Positions 10,448-20,325 of a stretch of DNA of 64,000 nt are shown piece by piece. Made by a program: the position numbers and the translations under genes. The stretch spans positions 544,001-608,000 of the forward strand of contig OZ223264.1 of assembly GCA_965140585.1 (NCBI GenBank). The letters run 5' to 3'. Positions within the stretch are counted from its first letter, which is position 1. The number at the start of each line of letters is the position of its first letter. This DNA comes from Spirochaetia bacterium (GTDB taxonomy: Bacteria; Spirochaetota; Spirochaetia; UBA9216). The notes under the pieces are model-generated. The model was not told the origin of the DNA, ran no database searches, and was given only the letters and a program-made list of their open reading frames with translations.

Positions 10448-10520
10448 ATTATTGTGTTTGATAATGTAAATGTCAAGTTAGATAAAAATTATTGACAAAC
10501 AAATAGGCGGATCATACGCT
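10448..10520. promoter_or_regulatory. Back-to-back sigma70-type promoters
   Basis: Minus: TTGACA(10476-10471)-N17-AATAAT(10453-10448). Plus: TTGACA(10492-10497)-N17-TACGCT(10515-10520), then SD GAGGT. Confidence 0.7.
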
Positions 10521-10538
10521 TAATAGAGGTATTCATTT

Positions 10539-11804
10539 ATGGAAGAATCTACTATAGGAATAAAAATTGCTGACGGAACATATTATCCTGTTATGGGGCG
10601 TTCGGACAGTAAAAAAAAGAAGCTGATACTCACTACTGTTAATGATGACCAGGAAAGTGTACAGATTGATTTGTACGAGGGTGAAGGCGAGGCTCTTGCT
10701 GATGCTAAATATGTCGGCAGCCTGGTTATTGAAGATATCAAACCTTCTGCAAAGAAAGAGCCTTCAATTGAGCTTATTGTCGGTGTAGATGATGAAGGCA
10801 ACCTTAATGCACAGGCCGGAGACATGGCAACGGGAGACAGGCAGAGTCTCAGTGTCAGCCTGAAATCACTTGAAGAAAAGGATTTCACAACTCCGGATTT
10901 TGAAATTGATGAAGACTCCATGTTCGGTGATATTCCCGAGCCTGAAGAAGAGGAGTCAATTGATTTCAGTTTTGATGATGATGAACTGGATACCTCCGGA
11001 CTTGATGAAGATGTTTTCGAAAGCGATTCTGAGGAACCGCTCTCAGAAGACTTTGATGCCGGTTTCGATACCGAAGCAGATACAGATTTTGATGAAGATT
11101 TTTCTTTTGATGATGATGCTGACGCACTCGGTTCTGATGCTTTTGATAGTGAAGAACCTGATTCAGATGCATTTGGAAGCGATGAATCTGAAGACGAAGA
11201 AGATAAGCCGTTTCAGTATGAAGGATTTCCTGATGACTATTACAGCAGTGAAGATAATGAAACTGAAGAAGGTTCTGTACCAGAGAAGGGGAAAAAGTCT
11301 CCGGTTCTTCTTATCGTGATAATACTTATTCTGCTCATCCTTGGAATAGGAGCATTCCTATTCCTCAGAAATTCCGGCGGCGAAGCTGTTCCTCCTCTGG
11401 AGGCCGGAACTGAAAAGACAGTTCAGGATGCGGGTAAGACTGCGGAAGCGGAAAAACCTGAACCTGCAGAACCTGCATATACCGAGCCTGAAAAAAAAGA
11501 GCCTGAAATTGTTGTAAAGGAAGAGCCGAAAGTTCCCGCAGCTGAGAAAGCTCCTGAGCCTGAGAAAACTGTTGTGCAGGACACTGCTCCCTCTGCAGCA
11601 AAAAGGACTTCTTCCGACGGGGTTCCTCCGGTCGGCAGCGGCGGCGGTGTATGGTACAGACTCAAGTGGGGAGATAATCTCTGGAACCTTTCAATATCTT
11701 TCTACAGAACCCCCTGGCTATATGGGATAATTGCGGAAACAAACAGAATTAAAAACCCTGATTTGATTTACGCTGGAACAGATATTTTTATTCCGGAGAA
11801 CTGA
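10539..11804 (+). CDS. Bitopic protein: Hsp70 substrate-binding-like domain, acidic linker, TM, LysM domain
   Basis: TTVNDDQESVQIDLYEGE...VDDEGNLNAQA.D resembles the DnaK SBD; D/E-rich linker; TM; YRLKWGDNLW...NRIKNPDLIYAG LysM. Confidence 0.8.
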   Translation: MEESTIGIKIADGTYYPVMGRSDSKKKKLILTTVNDDQESVQIDLYEGEGEALADAKYVGSLVIEDIKPSAKKEPSIELIVGVDDEGNLNAQAGDMATGDRQSLSVSLKSLEEKDFTTPDFEIDEDSMFGDIPEPEEEESIDFSFDDDELDTSGLDEDVFESDSEEPLSEDFDAGFDTEADTDFDEDFSFDDDADALGSDAFDSEEPDSDAFGSDESEDEEDKPFQYEGFPDDYYSSEDNETEEGSVPEKGKKSPVLLIVIILILLILGIGAFLFLRNSGGEAVPPLEAGTEKTVQDAGKTAEAEKPEPAEPAYTEPEKKEPEIVVKEEPKVPAAEKAPEPEKTVVQDTAPSAAKRTSSDGVPPVGSGGGVWYRLKWGDNLWNLSISFYRTPWLYGIIAETNRIKNPDLIYAGTDIFIPEN

Positions 11805-11821
11805 GCTATACTCTCTCTGTA

Positions 11822-13918
11822 ATGTATAAGATATTTACCCTATCTCTACTCCTGACATTGATAATATTCAGCTCATGCAGTTATGAAGAACTGGCCGCCT
11901 ATGATGAAAATGTAATCAGGGCTGCCATTGAGGATGGGACTGTCGGAGCTCTTGAGATCAGTGAAGATCAGATCTCGGCGACTGATCCTCGGGGGGCCTA
12001 TTATCTTGCATGCCGTTTATTTGATAACGGAGAATACCGAATCTCTTCGATGCTTGCCAGGCACGCCTGGTATGAGGGGAGCGGGTTTATCCGGGAGCAG
12101 GCGGCTCTTTTAACTCTCAAAGCAGATACTGACGCGGAAAACTGGAAAGATGCCCTGTTCTATTCCTCAATTGCAAGCGGGGAATTCCCTGAATCATATG
12201 AGATAAGGCGGCAGGCTGCTGAAACTCTCTACTGGTCCCGAAGCGACTCAGAGGTAGAGGCTGCTGTTGAATCGCTTGCGGGTTTTTCCGAGTACTGCAG
12301 TGATGAGGAACTGAAGCTTTTTCAGGCTGTTACCGCATACAGGCTCGCAGCTCCAGGCTGGAGCAATAAATGGGTCAGCCTTTTTATGGAAGTTTCAGAT
12401 TCTTCATTAATATTGAGAGCCTGGGACTACCTTCTGCAGAAGGAGGAGTCTCCGCTGGAATATTTTCCCGGAATGGAGGCGCTCTTCTCCGGCCGTTATT
12501 TATATGCAAAGGGCGAATACCGGGAAGCTCTGGTTAGGCTGGAACAGGCTTTTTATGAAAATCCCAGAATACCGTTTGCTTCCGGTTCTCTGAATGCTCT
12601 GGATAAAGAGCTTGAAAGCTGCTATATCATGAACGGCAGGGCAGTAAGCGGGCGGCTTGTTTTCAGGGATGCGGCACAGAGCCTGGCCGGCTCCGATCCG
12701 GATAAAAGCCGTGAATATTATTTTACCGCTGCCAGACTCTCAAGACGGGCTGGTTACTATTCTGATGCTCTTTCGTTTCTTTCATCATCTGCGGAAGAAG
12801 GTTCTCTTTTTAAAGATCCCAGACGCCTCTGGTATTATATGGATCTGAAAATCAGACAAAACCCTGCCTCCGCGGCTGCAGAGATATCAGAATACATTGC
12901 GGAATGGGATGAGCCTGATTACTACTCGGATGTGCTTGAGCGGCTGGTCACAGCGCTTACAACAGCCCGCAGCTGGCAGCTTCTGCAGGATCTTGCAAAG
13001 ATTTTGGAACTTTCCGGTCCGGCAGAGATATATGACCGCTGTCGTTATATATCAGAAAGGGCTGCGGATATGGGCTGGATTGAGCCCTGTGTTTTTTCAA
13101 CTAAATATTCAAGTTCATACTATAGTCTACTCGGAACGGGAAATCTTCCGGAAATTCCTAAGGACACGGATCCATCACCTCTGTTGTACAGTGATGCTGA
13201 GGCTTTCATCATAGGATATATTGAATTTCGGCTCTACTCGCGGGCTGCAGCGGTCGTCCGGAAGTATAGAAATATACTCTCCGAAAAGCTGTTCATTTAT
13301 GTTGCCGACAGCTTCTGTGAGGCAGGGCTGTATCTCGAGTCAATCAGGCTTATGTATCAGTATCCCGGGGAACTTACTGTTGAAGGACTTAAACGGCTGT
13401 ATCCGGAGGCTTACAGCCGGGAAATAAGAACGGCTGCAGAGCAGCAGGCGATCCCTGTTGAGGTTCTATCAGGTCTGGTCTGGAAAGAAAGCGGCTTTGA
13501 TTCGGACATTGTGTCACGTTCCGGGGCAATAGGTCTTTGTCAGCTTATGCCGTCCACTGCAGAAGAAATGGCCTGGCGGACAGGAGTCTATGACTATGAT
13601 TTGTACAATCCAGAGGACAACCTCTTTTTCGGTTCCTGGTATTTCAACTGGTTAATCGGCTACGTCGGAAATATTCCCGCAGCCGTGATATCCTATAACG
13701 GAGGTCCCGGCAGAGTTAAGGGATGGGAGAAAAACCTGTACGGACTGCCCTATGATCTGCTGTTCGAGGCTGTGCCCGTGCTTGAAACCCATGATTACGG
13801 AAAGAGAGTATTGACTGCATCTGCAGTTTATGGAATGCTCTATTTTGAAAACACGCCTCTGGCGGTGAGAGAAATGTTTTTTCCTTTTCTGACTGCAACT
13901 GCGGATGATACTGAATAA
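11822..13918 (+). CDS. Lytic transglycosylase (Slt domain) lipoprotein with helical repeats
   Basis: Lipobox IFSSC; KESGF, GAIGLCQLMP.TA, SYNGGPG and ET..Y motifs. Confidence 0.9.
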   Translation: MYKIFTLSLLLTLIIFSSCSYEELAAYDENVIRAAIEDGTVGALEISEDQISATDPRGAYYLACRLFDNGEYRISSMLARHAWYEGSGFIREQAALLTLKADTDAENWKDALFYSSIASGEFPESYEIRRQAAETLYWSRSDSEVEAAVESLAGFSEYCSDEELKLFQAVTAYRLAAPGWSNKWVSLFMEVSDSSLILRAWDYLLQKEESPLEYFPGMEALFSGRYLYAKGEYREALVRLEQAFYENPRIPFASGSLNALDKELESCYIMNGRAVSGRLVFRDAAQSLAGSDPDKSREYYFTAARLSRRAGYYSDALSFLSSSAEEGSLFKDPRRLWYYMDLKIRQNPASAAAEISEYIAEWDEPDYYSDVLERLVTALTTARSWQLLQDLAKILELSGPAEIYDRCRYISERAADMGWIEPCVFSTKYSSSYYSLLGTGNLPEIPKDTDPSPLLYSDAEAFIIGYIEFRLYSRAAAVVRKYRNILSEKLFIYVADSFCEAGLYLESIRLMYQYPGELTVEGLKRLYPEAYSREIRTAAEQQAIPVEVLSGLVWKESGFDSDIVSRSGAIGLCQLMPSTAEEMAWRTGVYDYDLYNPEDNLFFGSWYFNWLIGYVGNIPAAVISYNGGPGRVKGWEKNLYGLPYDLLFEAVPVLETHDYGKRVLTASAVYGMLYFENTPLAVREMFFPFLTATADDTE

Positions 13919-13932
13919 TAACTGGAGTACCT

Positions 13933-14730
13933 ATGACTATACTGCAATCTATACTGCTTGGAGCCCTTCAGGGCATTGCCGAATTTCTGCCTGTATCAAG
14001 TTCAGGCCATCTGGTTGTTTTCAGGAATTTTATGAGTCTGGGAGATGTTCCTGTTCTTTTTGATATTATCCTGCACACCGCCACACTTGCAGTTGTTATT
14101 ATAGTTTTCAGAAAGGTAATCGGTGAAATTCTGGTTTCTCTGTTTCGCCTTGTAACCGGGAAAAAAAAGCCTGAAGATAATATAAACCTCAGGCTTGTTC
14201 TGGTTGTTCTGGGAGCAAGTGTTTTCACAGCGGCTCTTGGATTTTTTATCGAAGGGCTGGGTTTTGCGGACAGGCCCAAAATTGTTTCTGTACTCTTTCT
14301 TTTTACAGCTCTGATTCTGATTCTCACAAAACTGATAAAAACTGAGGGCCACGGCTATGATAAAATCGGGCCTAAAACAGCAGTTATCACAGGAATTGCC
14401 CAGGGAATTGCCGTTTTTCCCGGCATCTCCCGATCCGGTATGACCATAGTCGCTTCGCTTTTTTCGGGTATAAGCAGGGAAAAGGCAGCAGAATATTCTT
14501 TTATTCTTTCAATACCTGCAATCGGCGGGGCTCTGCTGCTTGAACTTAAAGATTTCGGAGAACTTACCGGCGATGTATCGGCTTCTGCCATAATTGCAGG
14601 GTGGCTTTCCGCCTTTATTGTAGGCTATCTGTCAGTGCTTTTTCTTCTTTCTGTCATCAAAAAGGATAAACTGCATTATTTCAGCTTCTATCTTATTCCA
14701 TTTGCAGTAATCAGCTTTTTCCTGCTCTAA
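13933..14730 (+). CDS. uppP: Undecaprenyl-diphosphatase
   Basis: QGIAEFLPVSSSGHL and PGISRSG motifs; multi-TM. Confidence 0.96.
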   Translation: MTILQSILLGALQGIAEFLPVSSSGHLVVFRNFMSLGDVPVLFDIILHTATLAVVIIVFRKVIGEILVSLFRLVTGKKKPEDNINLRLVLVVLGASVFTAALGFFIEGLGFADRPKIVSVLFLFTALILILTKLIKTEGHGYDKIGPKTAVITGIAQGIAVFPGISRSGMTIVASLFSGISREKAAEYSFILSIPAIGGALLLELKDFGELTGDVSASAIIAGWLSAFIVGYLSVLFLLSVIKKDKLHYFSFYLIPFAVISFFLL

Positions 14731-14765
14731 CTAAAGGCGAATTGCCTGCTATCCTTAATTTATAC

Positions 14766-14794
14766 TCAGAATCCGGGAGGGATTATCCGATAAT
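14766..14794 (+). promoter_or_regulatory. Putative sigma28 (FliA)-type promoter upstream of ftsK
   Basis: TCAGAA-N14-TCCGATAAT, resembling TAAA-N15/16-GCCGATAA; a near-identical motif lies at 34905-34932. Confidence 0.45.
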
Positions 14795-14814
14795 CTACTG
14801 ATGAGGAGTATGTT

Positions 14815-17667
14815 TTGAAGAATAAAGCCTTCAGATTGTTGCCAGCATTGATTATAACTGCCGCAGGGCTGTATCTGCTATTCTCTTTACTTTCAGCCGT
14901 ACAGGCCAGACCTGTCGGTATTCCCGGGGCATATCTGACCGGCGAGTTTCTTTATAAAAGTTTCAATATAACCGCTTTGTATCTGCCTGTTTATTTTATG
15001 ATGTGCGCGGTTCTGATTGCGGCTGACTATTTGAAGCCCAGAGTTTTTGCAGTTCTTATTTTCTCAATTCCTGCATTTTTAACGCTTGCTCTTCTTGTCA
15101 GGGTTCTTGATTATTCAGATTCAGCCCCCGCAATAGATTACATGCTGAGAAATTTCGGCCTTCGAGGAAGCTCGCTTATCCTCGGACTTCTGTTTTTAGC
15201 GGAAATTCTGGCTATGATACTTATTCTCAGCTTCGGCAGGCCTGTTAAAAGAAGAGCTTTTGTCCGGAAAAAAACAACTGACCCGGAGCACATATCTACT
15301 GAAGCAGTAAGAGCCACTGCTCCTCTATCGTTGAAAAATGATGCTGATGAAATTGCCGAGCTGATTTCTGCGGCGGACGATGATGAGGACGGCGATGATG
15401 ATGAATATGTGCTGCCGGAAGCCGAAGTTGAGACTGAAACAGATAATGAATATGTATTGCCTGATGCGGATGAAGAGTTCGTACTGCCAGAGATAGAGGC
15501 CGAAATTAAGACAGAAGCAAAGGCCGGCCTGGCTGTTGATGCAGCATCAGAAGATACCTCGGAATCAGAAGAAGATTCTTCGTTTGTGTCCGTTGCCGGA
15601 GGTGAATGGGATCTTCAGGAAGATGATGATATTCTGAATCATCCTGATTTTGCAGAAAGCGTAGAGCCTCTGGATCTTGATCCGGATCTTGCCAGTTTTG
15701 ATGAAACTGCTGCCGTTTCTGAAAGCGATAAGGAAGAAAAGTTCAGCAGTAATCCTGACATCCCGCTCAGAGGAGATGAGGCTGAAATAGAGCAGGCCGC
15801 GAAAGCTGTTTGGGCAGAAGCGGAAATGCTTGGATTTATTGAAGACAGCTACGAGCCTGAAACCAGGAAAATCCCTGATGCTGATGAATTTGATGAATAT
15901 GATTTTGACGCAGAAGATGCTGATCCGAGACTTGAAGTCAGCTCCGGTGTAATTGAGCTTGAAATAGAAGGTGCTGAAGAAAGAGACGAAATGCTCTCTG
16001 AGCTGGACGGAATCGATGAACTTGAAGAATTCTATGACGAAGAGGATGATATCGAAGACGATGAAGACGACATCGAGGACGATGATATAGATATTGATTT
16101 TGAGCTGGAAGATGTTTCCGATGACATGGCGCAGGATGATGAAGTGAAAGCTGAATCTGCCGGGCCGGCAGTTGTTGAATCTGTACAGCCTGAAGTCTCT
16201 GAGCCTCAGGTAAAAGCAGCTCCTGCGCGAAAGAAGACAAGACGGAAAAAATACTCAGTTCCTATCGATGAACTTCTTGAAAGTCCTGAGGATGATAACT
16301 ACTGGGTTGTTGACGAGGATACCAAGGCGGCTTCAGAGGTTCTGAAAGAAACCCTTAAAGAGTTCAGAATTGCAGCAGAGGTTACCGGAATAAGCAAGGG
16401 CCCTGTTATTACCATGTTTGAAATACTTCCGGCTCCCGGAGTAAAACTGTCGAAGATTGTAAACCTTGCAGATAATATTGCGCTTCGTCTTGCCGCTTCA
16501 CGTGTTCGAATTGTTGCTCCCATCCCCGGTAAGCACGCAGTAGGAATAGAAGTCCCGAATAAACGGAGAGCCATAGTTACATTCAAGGAAATTCTTGAAG
16601 CGGAAGATCTTCGCAAGTCCAAAATGTCCATACCGGTAGTTCTTGGAAAGGATATTACCGGCGGTGCAAGAATTATAGATCTTGTTCAGACTCCGCACAT
16701 GCTTATTGCTGGAGCAACGGGTTCCGGAAAATCAGTTTCAGTCAACTCGCTTATATGCTCAATACTTTATTCGAGGAAACCTGAAGAGGTAAAGCTCATT
16801 CTCATAGACCCCAAGATTGTTGAGCTTAAGCTGTACAATGATATTCCGCATCTTCTGACTCCTGTTATCACGGAACCGAAGAAGGCTTTTCAGGCTCTCC
16901 AGTATTGTATCTGTGAAATGGAAAGACGTTATTCACTTCTTGATTCGCTCGGCGTCAGGGATATCAAGTCTTTTAACCGCAAGGTTGTAAACGCAAAGCT
17001 CACTACTGAACCTCTGCCGTACATAGTTATCATTGTCGATGAGTTTGCCGATCTGATGGCTACAACAGGAAAGGAGCTTGAGAATGTAATCTCAAGACTA
17101 GCCGCCATGAGCCGTGCTGTCGGTATTCATCTTGTTCTGGCTACCCAGCGTCCGTCGGTAGATGTTATCACCGGGCTTATCAAGGCGAACATTCCTTCGC
17201 GTATTGCATTCATGGTAGCAAGCAAGACCGACTCAAGAATTATTCTCGATACAATCGGTGCCGACAAACTGCTGGGCAAGGGTGACATGCTCTTTACGTC
17301 AGCATGGGATCCGAATCCCTCGCGTATTCAGGGCTCCTTCCTTTCCGAGGAAGAGGTTGAAAGGGTAACCGATCATGTGAAGACACTGGGTGAGCCTGAG
17401 TATATCGATGATGAGATTTTCATTCCCGAGGATGACGGTTCCGAATTCATGCTTGAAAATGCCGGAGCAGGAGACCCTCTGATGGAATCGGCTGTAACAA
17501 TAGTAGTTGAAGCCGGGAAAGCCTCAGCAAGTTATCTGCAGCGGCGGCTGAAAATAGGCTACAACAGGGCTGCAAGACTTGTAGAAGAAATGGAAGCACG
17601 CGGAATAGTTGGACCGGCTAACGGAAGCAAGCCCAGAGAAATTATGCATATACCTGATCGTGTCTGA
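14815..17667 (+). CDS. ftsK: DNA translocase FtsK
   Basis: N-terminal TMs, long acidic linker, GATGSGKS, DEFADLM, ATQRPS, gamma domain LQRRLKIGYNRAAR; SD GAGGAG. Confidence 0.97.
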   Translation: MKNKAFRLLPALIITAAGLYLLFSLLSAVQARPVGIPGAYLTGEFLYKSFNITALYLPVYFMMCAVLIAADYLKPRVFAVLIFSIPAFLTLALLVRVLDYSDSAPAIDYMLRNFGLRGSSLILGLLFLAEILAMILILSFGRPVKRRAFVRKKTTDPEHISTEAVRATAPLSLKNDADEIAELISAADDDEDGDDDEYVLPEAEVETETDNEYVLPDADEEFVLPEIEAEIKTEAKAGLAVDAASEDTSESEEDSSFVSVAGGEWDLQEDDDILNHPDFAESVEPLDLDPDLASFDETAAVSESDKEEKFSSNPDIPLRGDEAEIEQAAKAVWAEAEMLGFIEDSYEPETRKIPDADEFDEYDFDAEDADPRLEVSSGVIELEIEGAEERDEMLSELDGIDELEEFYDEEDDIEDDEDDIEDDDIDIDFELEDVSDDMAQDDEVKAESAGPAVVESVQPEVSEPQVKAAPARKKTRRKKYSVPIDELLESPEDDNYWVVDEDTKAASEVLKETLKEFRIAAEVTGISKGPVITMFEILPAPGVKLSKIVNLADNIALRLAASRVRIVAPIPGKHAVGIEVPNKRRAIVTFKEILEAEDLRKSKMSIPVVLGKDITGGARIIDLVQTPHMLIAGATGSGKSVSVNSLICSILYSRKPEEVKLILIDPKIVELKLYNDIPHLLTPVITEPKKAFQALQYCICEMERRYSLLDSLGVRDIKSFNRKVVNAKLTTEPLPYIVIIVDEFADLMATTGKELENVISRLAAMSRAVGIHLVLATQRPSVDVITGLIKANIPSRIAFMVASKTDSRIILDTIGADKLLGKGDMLFTSAWDPNPSRIQGSFLSEEEVERVTDHVKTLGEPEYIDDEIFIPEDDGSEFMLENAGAGDPLMESAVTIVVEAGKASASYLQRRLKIGYNRAARLVEEMEARGIVGPANGSKPREIMHIPDRV

Positions 17668-19003
17668 TCGATTTGATGTAATACCTCAATGCTATCAGCA
17701 CCGCTATGCTTGAAAGAAGGTCGGCAATAGGATTTGCCAGCCAAACTCCAATGGCGCCGAAGGTCGGACATATAATCAGCATAGGCGGTACGAAGAATAT
17801 AAGCATCCTTAATGTCACAAAAATGGCTGCCTGTCTTGCTCTTCCTGTTGCCTGCAGAAGAATAAGAGTGTTAAACAGGAAGCCGTAAACAGGGTAAAGA
17901 AAGAAGAAAATCCTGGGCGCATGATAGATCAAATCGAGTACGGCAGTATCGGTGATGAACCAGCCTGTAACTGTTCTTGGGAAGAAAGCAAGGAATGCCC
18001 AGAGTGCTGTTGTAAATACCGTAGCGTAAACGGTGAATACAGTGAATCCGTGCAGTAGTCGATCCCTTTTTCCGGCGCCCTCGTTAACACCGATGAATGG
18101 CTGCATTCCCTGGGCAATTCCCCATACAGGCGGAAGCAGCAGACTGAATATCTTGAATATGGTTCCGAGTGCAATAACATCGTTTATTTCTGCATAGATG
18201 TTAAGAAGCCGGTAGGCCACAACTATTTCAACAATAGCCATAACCGGAAGAGCCATTGAAGAGAATCCGATTTTAAGTATTTCCGAAATGTGCTTCGGGT
18301 CGATTTTGCGAATATTCAGGCTGAATTTTATAACTGTTTTTTTTGAGTTGAAATGAATGATACTTAGAATCAGACTCACAACCTGTGAAATAACAGTTGC
18401 CGCCCCTGCTCCGGCTATTCCCAGATCAAAGGTTTTTATCAGAATCGGATCAAGAATCAGGTTGAGTACCGCTCCGGACCCCAGGAAGATCATTGCCTCC
18501 TTCATCAGTCCGCCTGCTCTTATAAGCATGTTTGATGATGCGGCAAAGTTGATGAAAAAAGTTCCGATAACAATAGTCCGCATATAGATAACACCAAGCT
18601 CAAGCATCAGGCCTTCACCGCCCATGAAGTCCACAAGCCATGGGGCATATACGTATGAGATGATGGATAGTGAGCCGGAAATTATTAAATTAAGCAGAAA
18701 AACTGCAGGAAACAGTCTCTGCCTGGTTTCCATATCCCGTCGGCCTATACTTCTTGATAGAACAGAAGAGGCTCCTGCGCCAATGAGGCCTGAGACTGCA
18801 TTGTTAAGAAGTGAAAGAGGGTAGGCCAGGCCTACTGCTCCCATTCCTTCAGGACCGACAAACTGTCCGACGAAAATGCCGTCGACAAACTGGTAGAGCC
18901 CGAAAACAAGCATTCCGATTATGCCCGGAACCGACAGCCTGAAGAAAAGAACTGTCGGGCTGAGGTTGAGAAGTTCTTCTGTATGATCTTTGGGGCTTCT
19001 CAT
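17642..19003 (-). CDS. MATE family efflux transporter
   Basis: VDGIFVG, NLILDP, GIAGAG.AT, QGMQPFIG; ~12 TMs; ATG 19003 preferred to TTG 19012. Confidence 0.93.
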   Translation of the reverse strand: MRSPKDHTEELLNLSPTVLFFRLSVPGIIGMLVFGLYQFVDGIFVGQFVGPEGMGAVGLAYPLSLLNNAVSGLIGAGASSVLSRSIGRRDMETRQRLFPAVFLLNLIISGSLSIISYVYAPWLVDFMGGEGLMLELGVIYMRTIVIGTFFINFAASSNMLIRAGGLMKEAMIFLGSGAVLNLILDPILIKTFDLGIAGAGAATVISQVVSLILSIIHFNSKKTVIKFSLNIRKIDPKHISEILKIGFSSMALPVMAIVEIVVAYRLLNIYAEINDVIALGTIFKIFSLLLPPVWGIAQGMQPFIGVNEGAGKRDRLLHGFTVFTVYATVFTTALWAFLAFFPRTVTGWFITDTAVLDLIYHAPRIFFFLYPVYGFLFNTLILLQATGRARQAAIFVTLRMLIFFVPPMLIICPTFGAIGVWLANPIADLLSSIAVLIALRYYIKSIRHDQVYA

Positions 19004-19044
19004 CAGGTTCAATCTATTAGGAATCCGGAATTAAAGCAATATGA

Positions 19045-20262
19045 CTAACTGCTTTCTAACAAAGCTTCGGCTAGTCTGAAGAAATCTTCACGCTTGCTCC
19101 ACCTTCCCAGTGAGATCCTTAGAGACTGAGAGGCTCTTTTTCCGCTCCGGCCCATATTCTTCAAAACTGCTGACTCTCCGTCGAGCCGTCCTGTACAGGC
19201 GGAAAAGCGGCTGATACAGATTCCCCTGCTGTTGAGATCCAGTATGAGCTTTTCCATATCAGTCTGCTGCTTAAGACTGATGCAGCAGACACCGGGAGCT
19301 CTGTTTTCAGGGCTTTCCACAATAAACTCAACACCCTTCTGTTCAAGTATCCGCAGCCCGTCTTTAATCAGGCTTGTCATTACCATGCTTTCCTCATTGA
19401 AGTTTTTCTTCATAAGCCTGATTGAATCCGAAAGGGCTGCAGCACCAGGCACATTCTCGGTGCCCGGAAAGGGTGAGTTCCCCGCAGAGCCTCCATATCT
19501 TAGACCGCTTATTTTAAGCCCAGGACGTTTCCATACAAGTCCGATGCCCTTCGGGGCATACAGTTTATGGCCGCTGAGGCAGAATGCGTCACAGTAAGGA
19601 GCCCATTCGGAGGGTAATAGCCGGGCTGCCGCCTGTACAGCATCCAGAATCAGTACTGCACCCGATTCCGAAGTTATCCTGTGAATCTCTTTAATCGGCT
19701 GGATCGCTCCTGTTTCATGGTTGACTGGAGAAATTATCAGTATGCTTTTTCTTCCATGCTTAAGCTGAGTTCCAAGCTTATGAGTAAGCTGTTCAAGATT
19801 AACTGTTCCGCTGCTGTCGACTTCCAGTTCAATAACGGAGCCCCCGAAGCCGGAAGGTGCTGCCGGGCTCTTTTTTTTGAGATGAAAAAGCGGATGCTTT
19901 ACTGAAGAATGGCATGTTGTTTCTGTCATGAAGACCGCATCCGGACTGTGAACAGCTGAGCCGAGAATCAGTGTATTCAAGGCGTCTGTTCCTCCGGCGC
20001 AGCAGTAAAACCCGTCGATACTCCGTCCGGTCCAGCCCTCAGCGGTTTCGCTGAGCATCTCCATTTCCTTCCAGGCTTCAACCCCTGCAGAGTGTATGCT
20101 GGACGGATTGCCCCAGGTTCTGCGGCAGGCACGTTCAAAACTGCCGAGCACCCGCGGATCTACCGGTGTTGTAGCATTATAGTCCATGTAAACAGTACGT
20201 TCGGGTATCCATGGAACGGCCGCGGCTTTTATTTTTTTCTTAAGTTCACATCTGCATGGCAT
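19045..20262 (-). CDS. Class V PLP enzyme, IscS/NifS-like cysteine desulfurase
   Basis: YMDYNATTP, GNPSSIH, VNHETG.IQP, DAVQ, SGHKLYAPKG, GTENV, FSAC, LRISLGR. Confidence 0.85.
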   Translation of the reverse strand: MPCRCELKKKIKAAAVPWIPERTVYMDYNATTPVDPRVLGSFERACRRTWGNPSSIHSAGVEAWKEMEMLSETAEGWTGRSIDGFYCCAGGTDALNTLILGSAVHSPDAVFMTETTCHSSVKHPLFHLKKKSPAAPSGFGGSVIELEVDSSGTVNLEQLTHKLGTQLKHGRKSILIISPVNHETGAIQPIKEIHRITSESGAVLILDAVQAAARLLPSEWAPYCDAFCLSGHKLYAPKGIGLVWKRPGLKISGLRYGGSAGNSPFPGTENVPGAAALSDSIRLMKKNFNEESMVMTSLIKDGLRILEQKGVEFIVESPENRAPGVCCISLKQQTDMEKLILDLNSRGICISRFSACTGRLDGESAVLKNMGRSGKRASQSLRISLGRWSKREDFFRLAEALLESS

Positions 20263-20325
20263 GTCTGAAATTATAACCATGCCCTGATACTTGTAAAAGG
20301 CGCATTTCTATGTTTTTATACATTA

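Noticed and set aside
5126-10538. Replication origin near mnmE-mnmG-rsmG
   Set aside because: Intergenic gaps are short, I saw no DnaA-box cluster, and no dnaA or parAB genes are present
10900-11270. CRISPR-like or tandem repeat array in GAT/GAA-rich DNA (also 16030-16140)
   Set aside because: Low-complexity codons for acidic linkers within ORFs; no fixed repeat-spacer period and no cas genes
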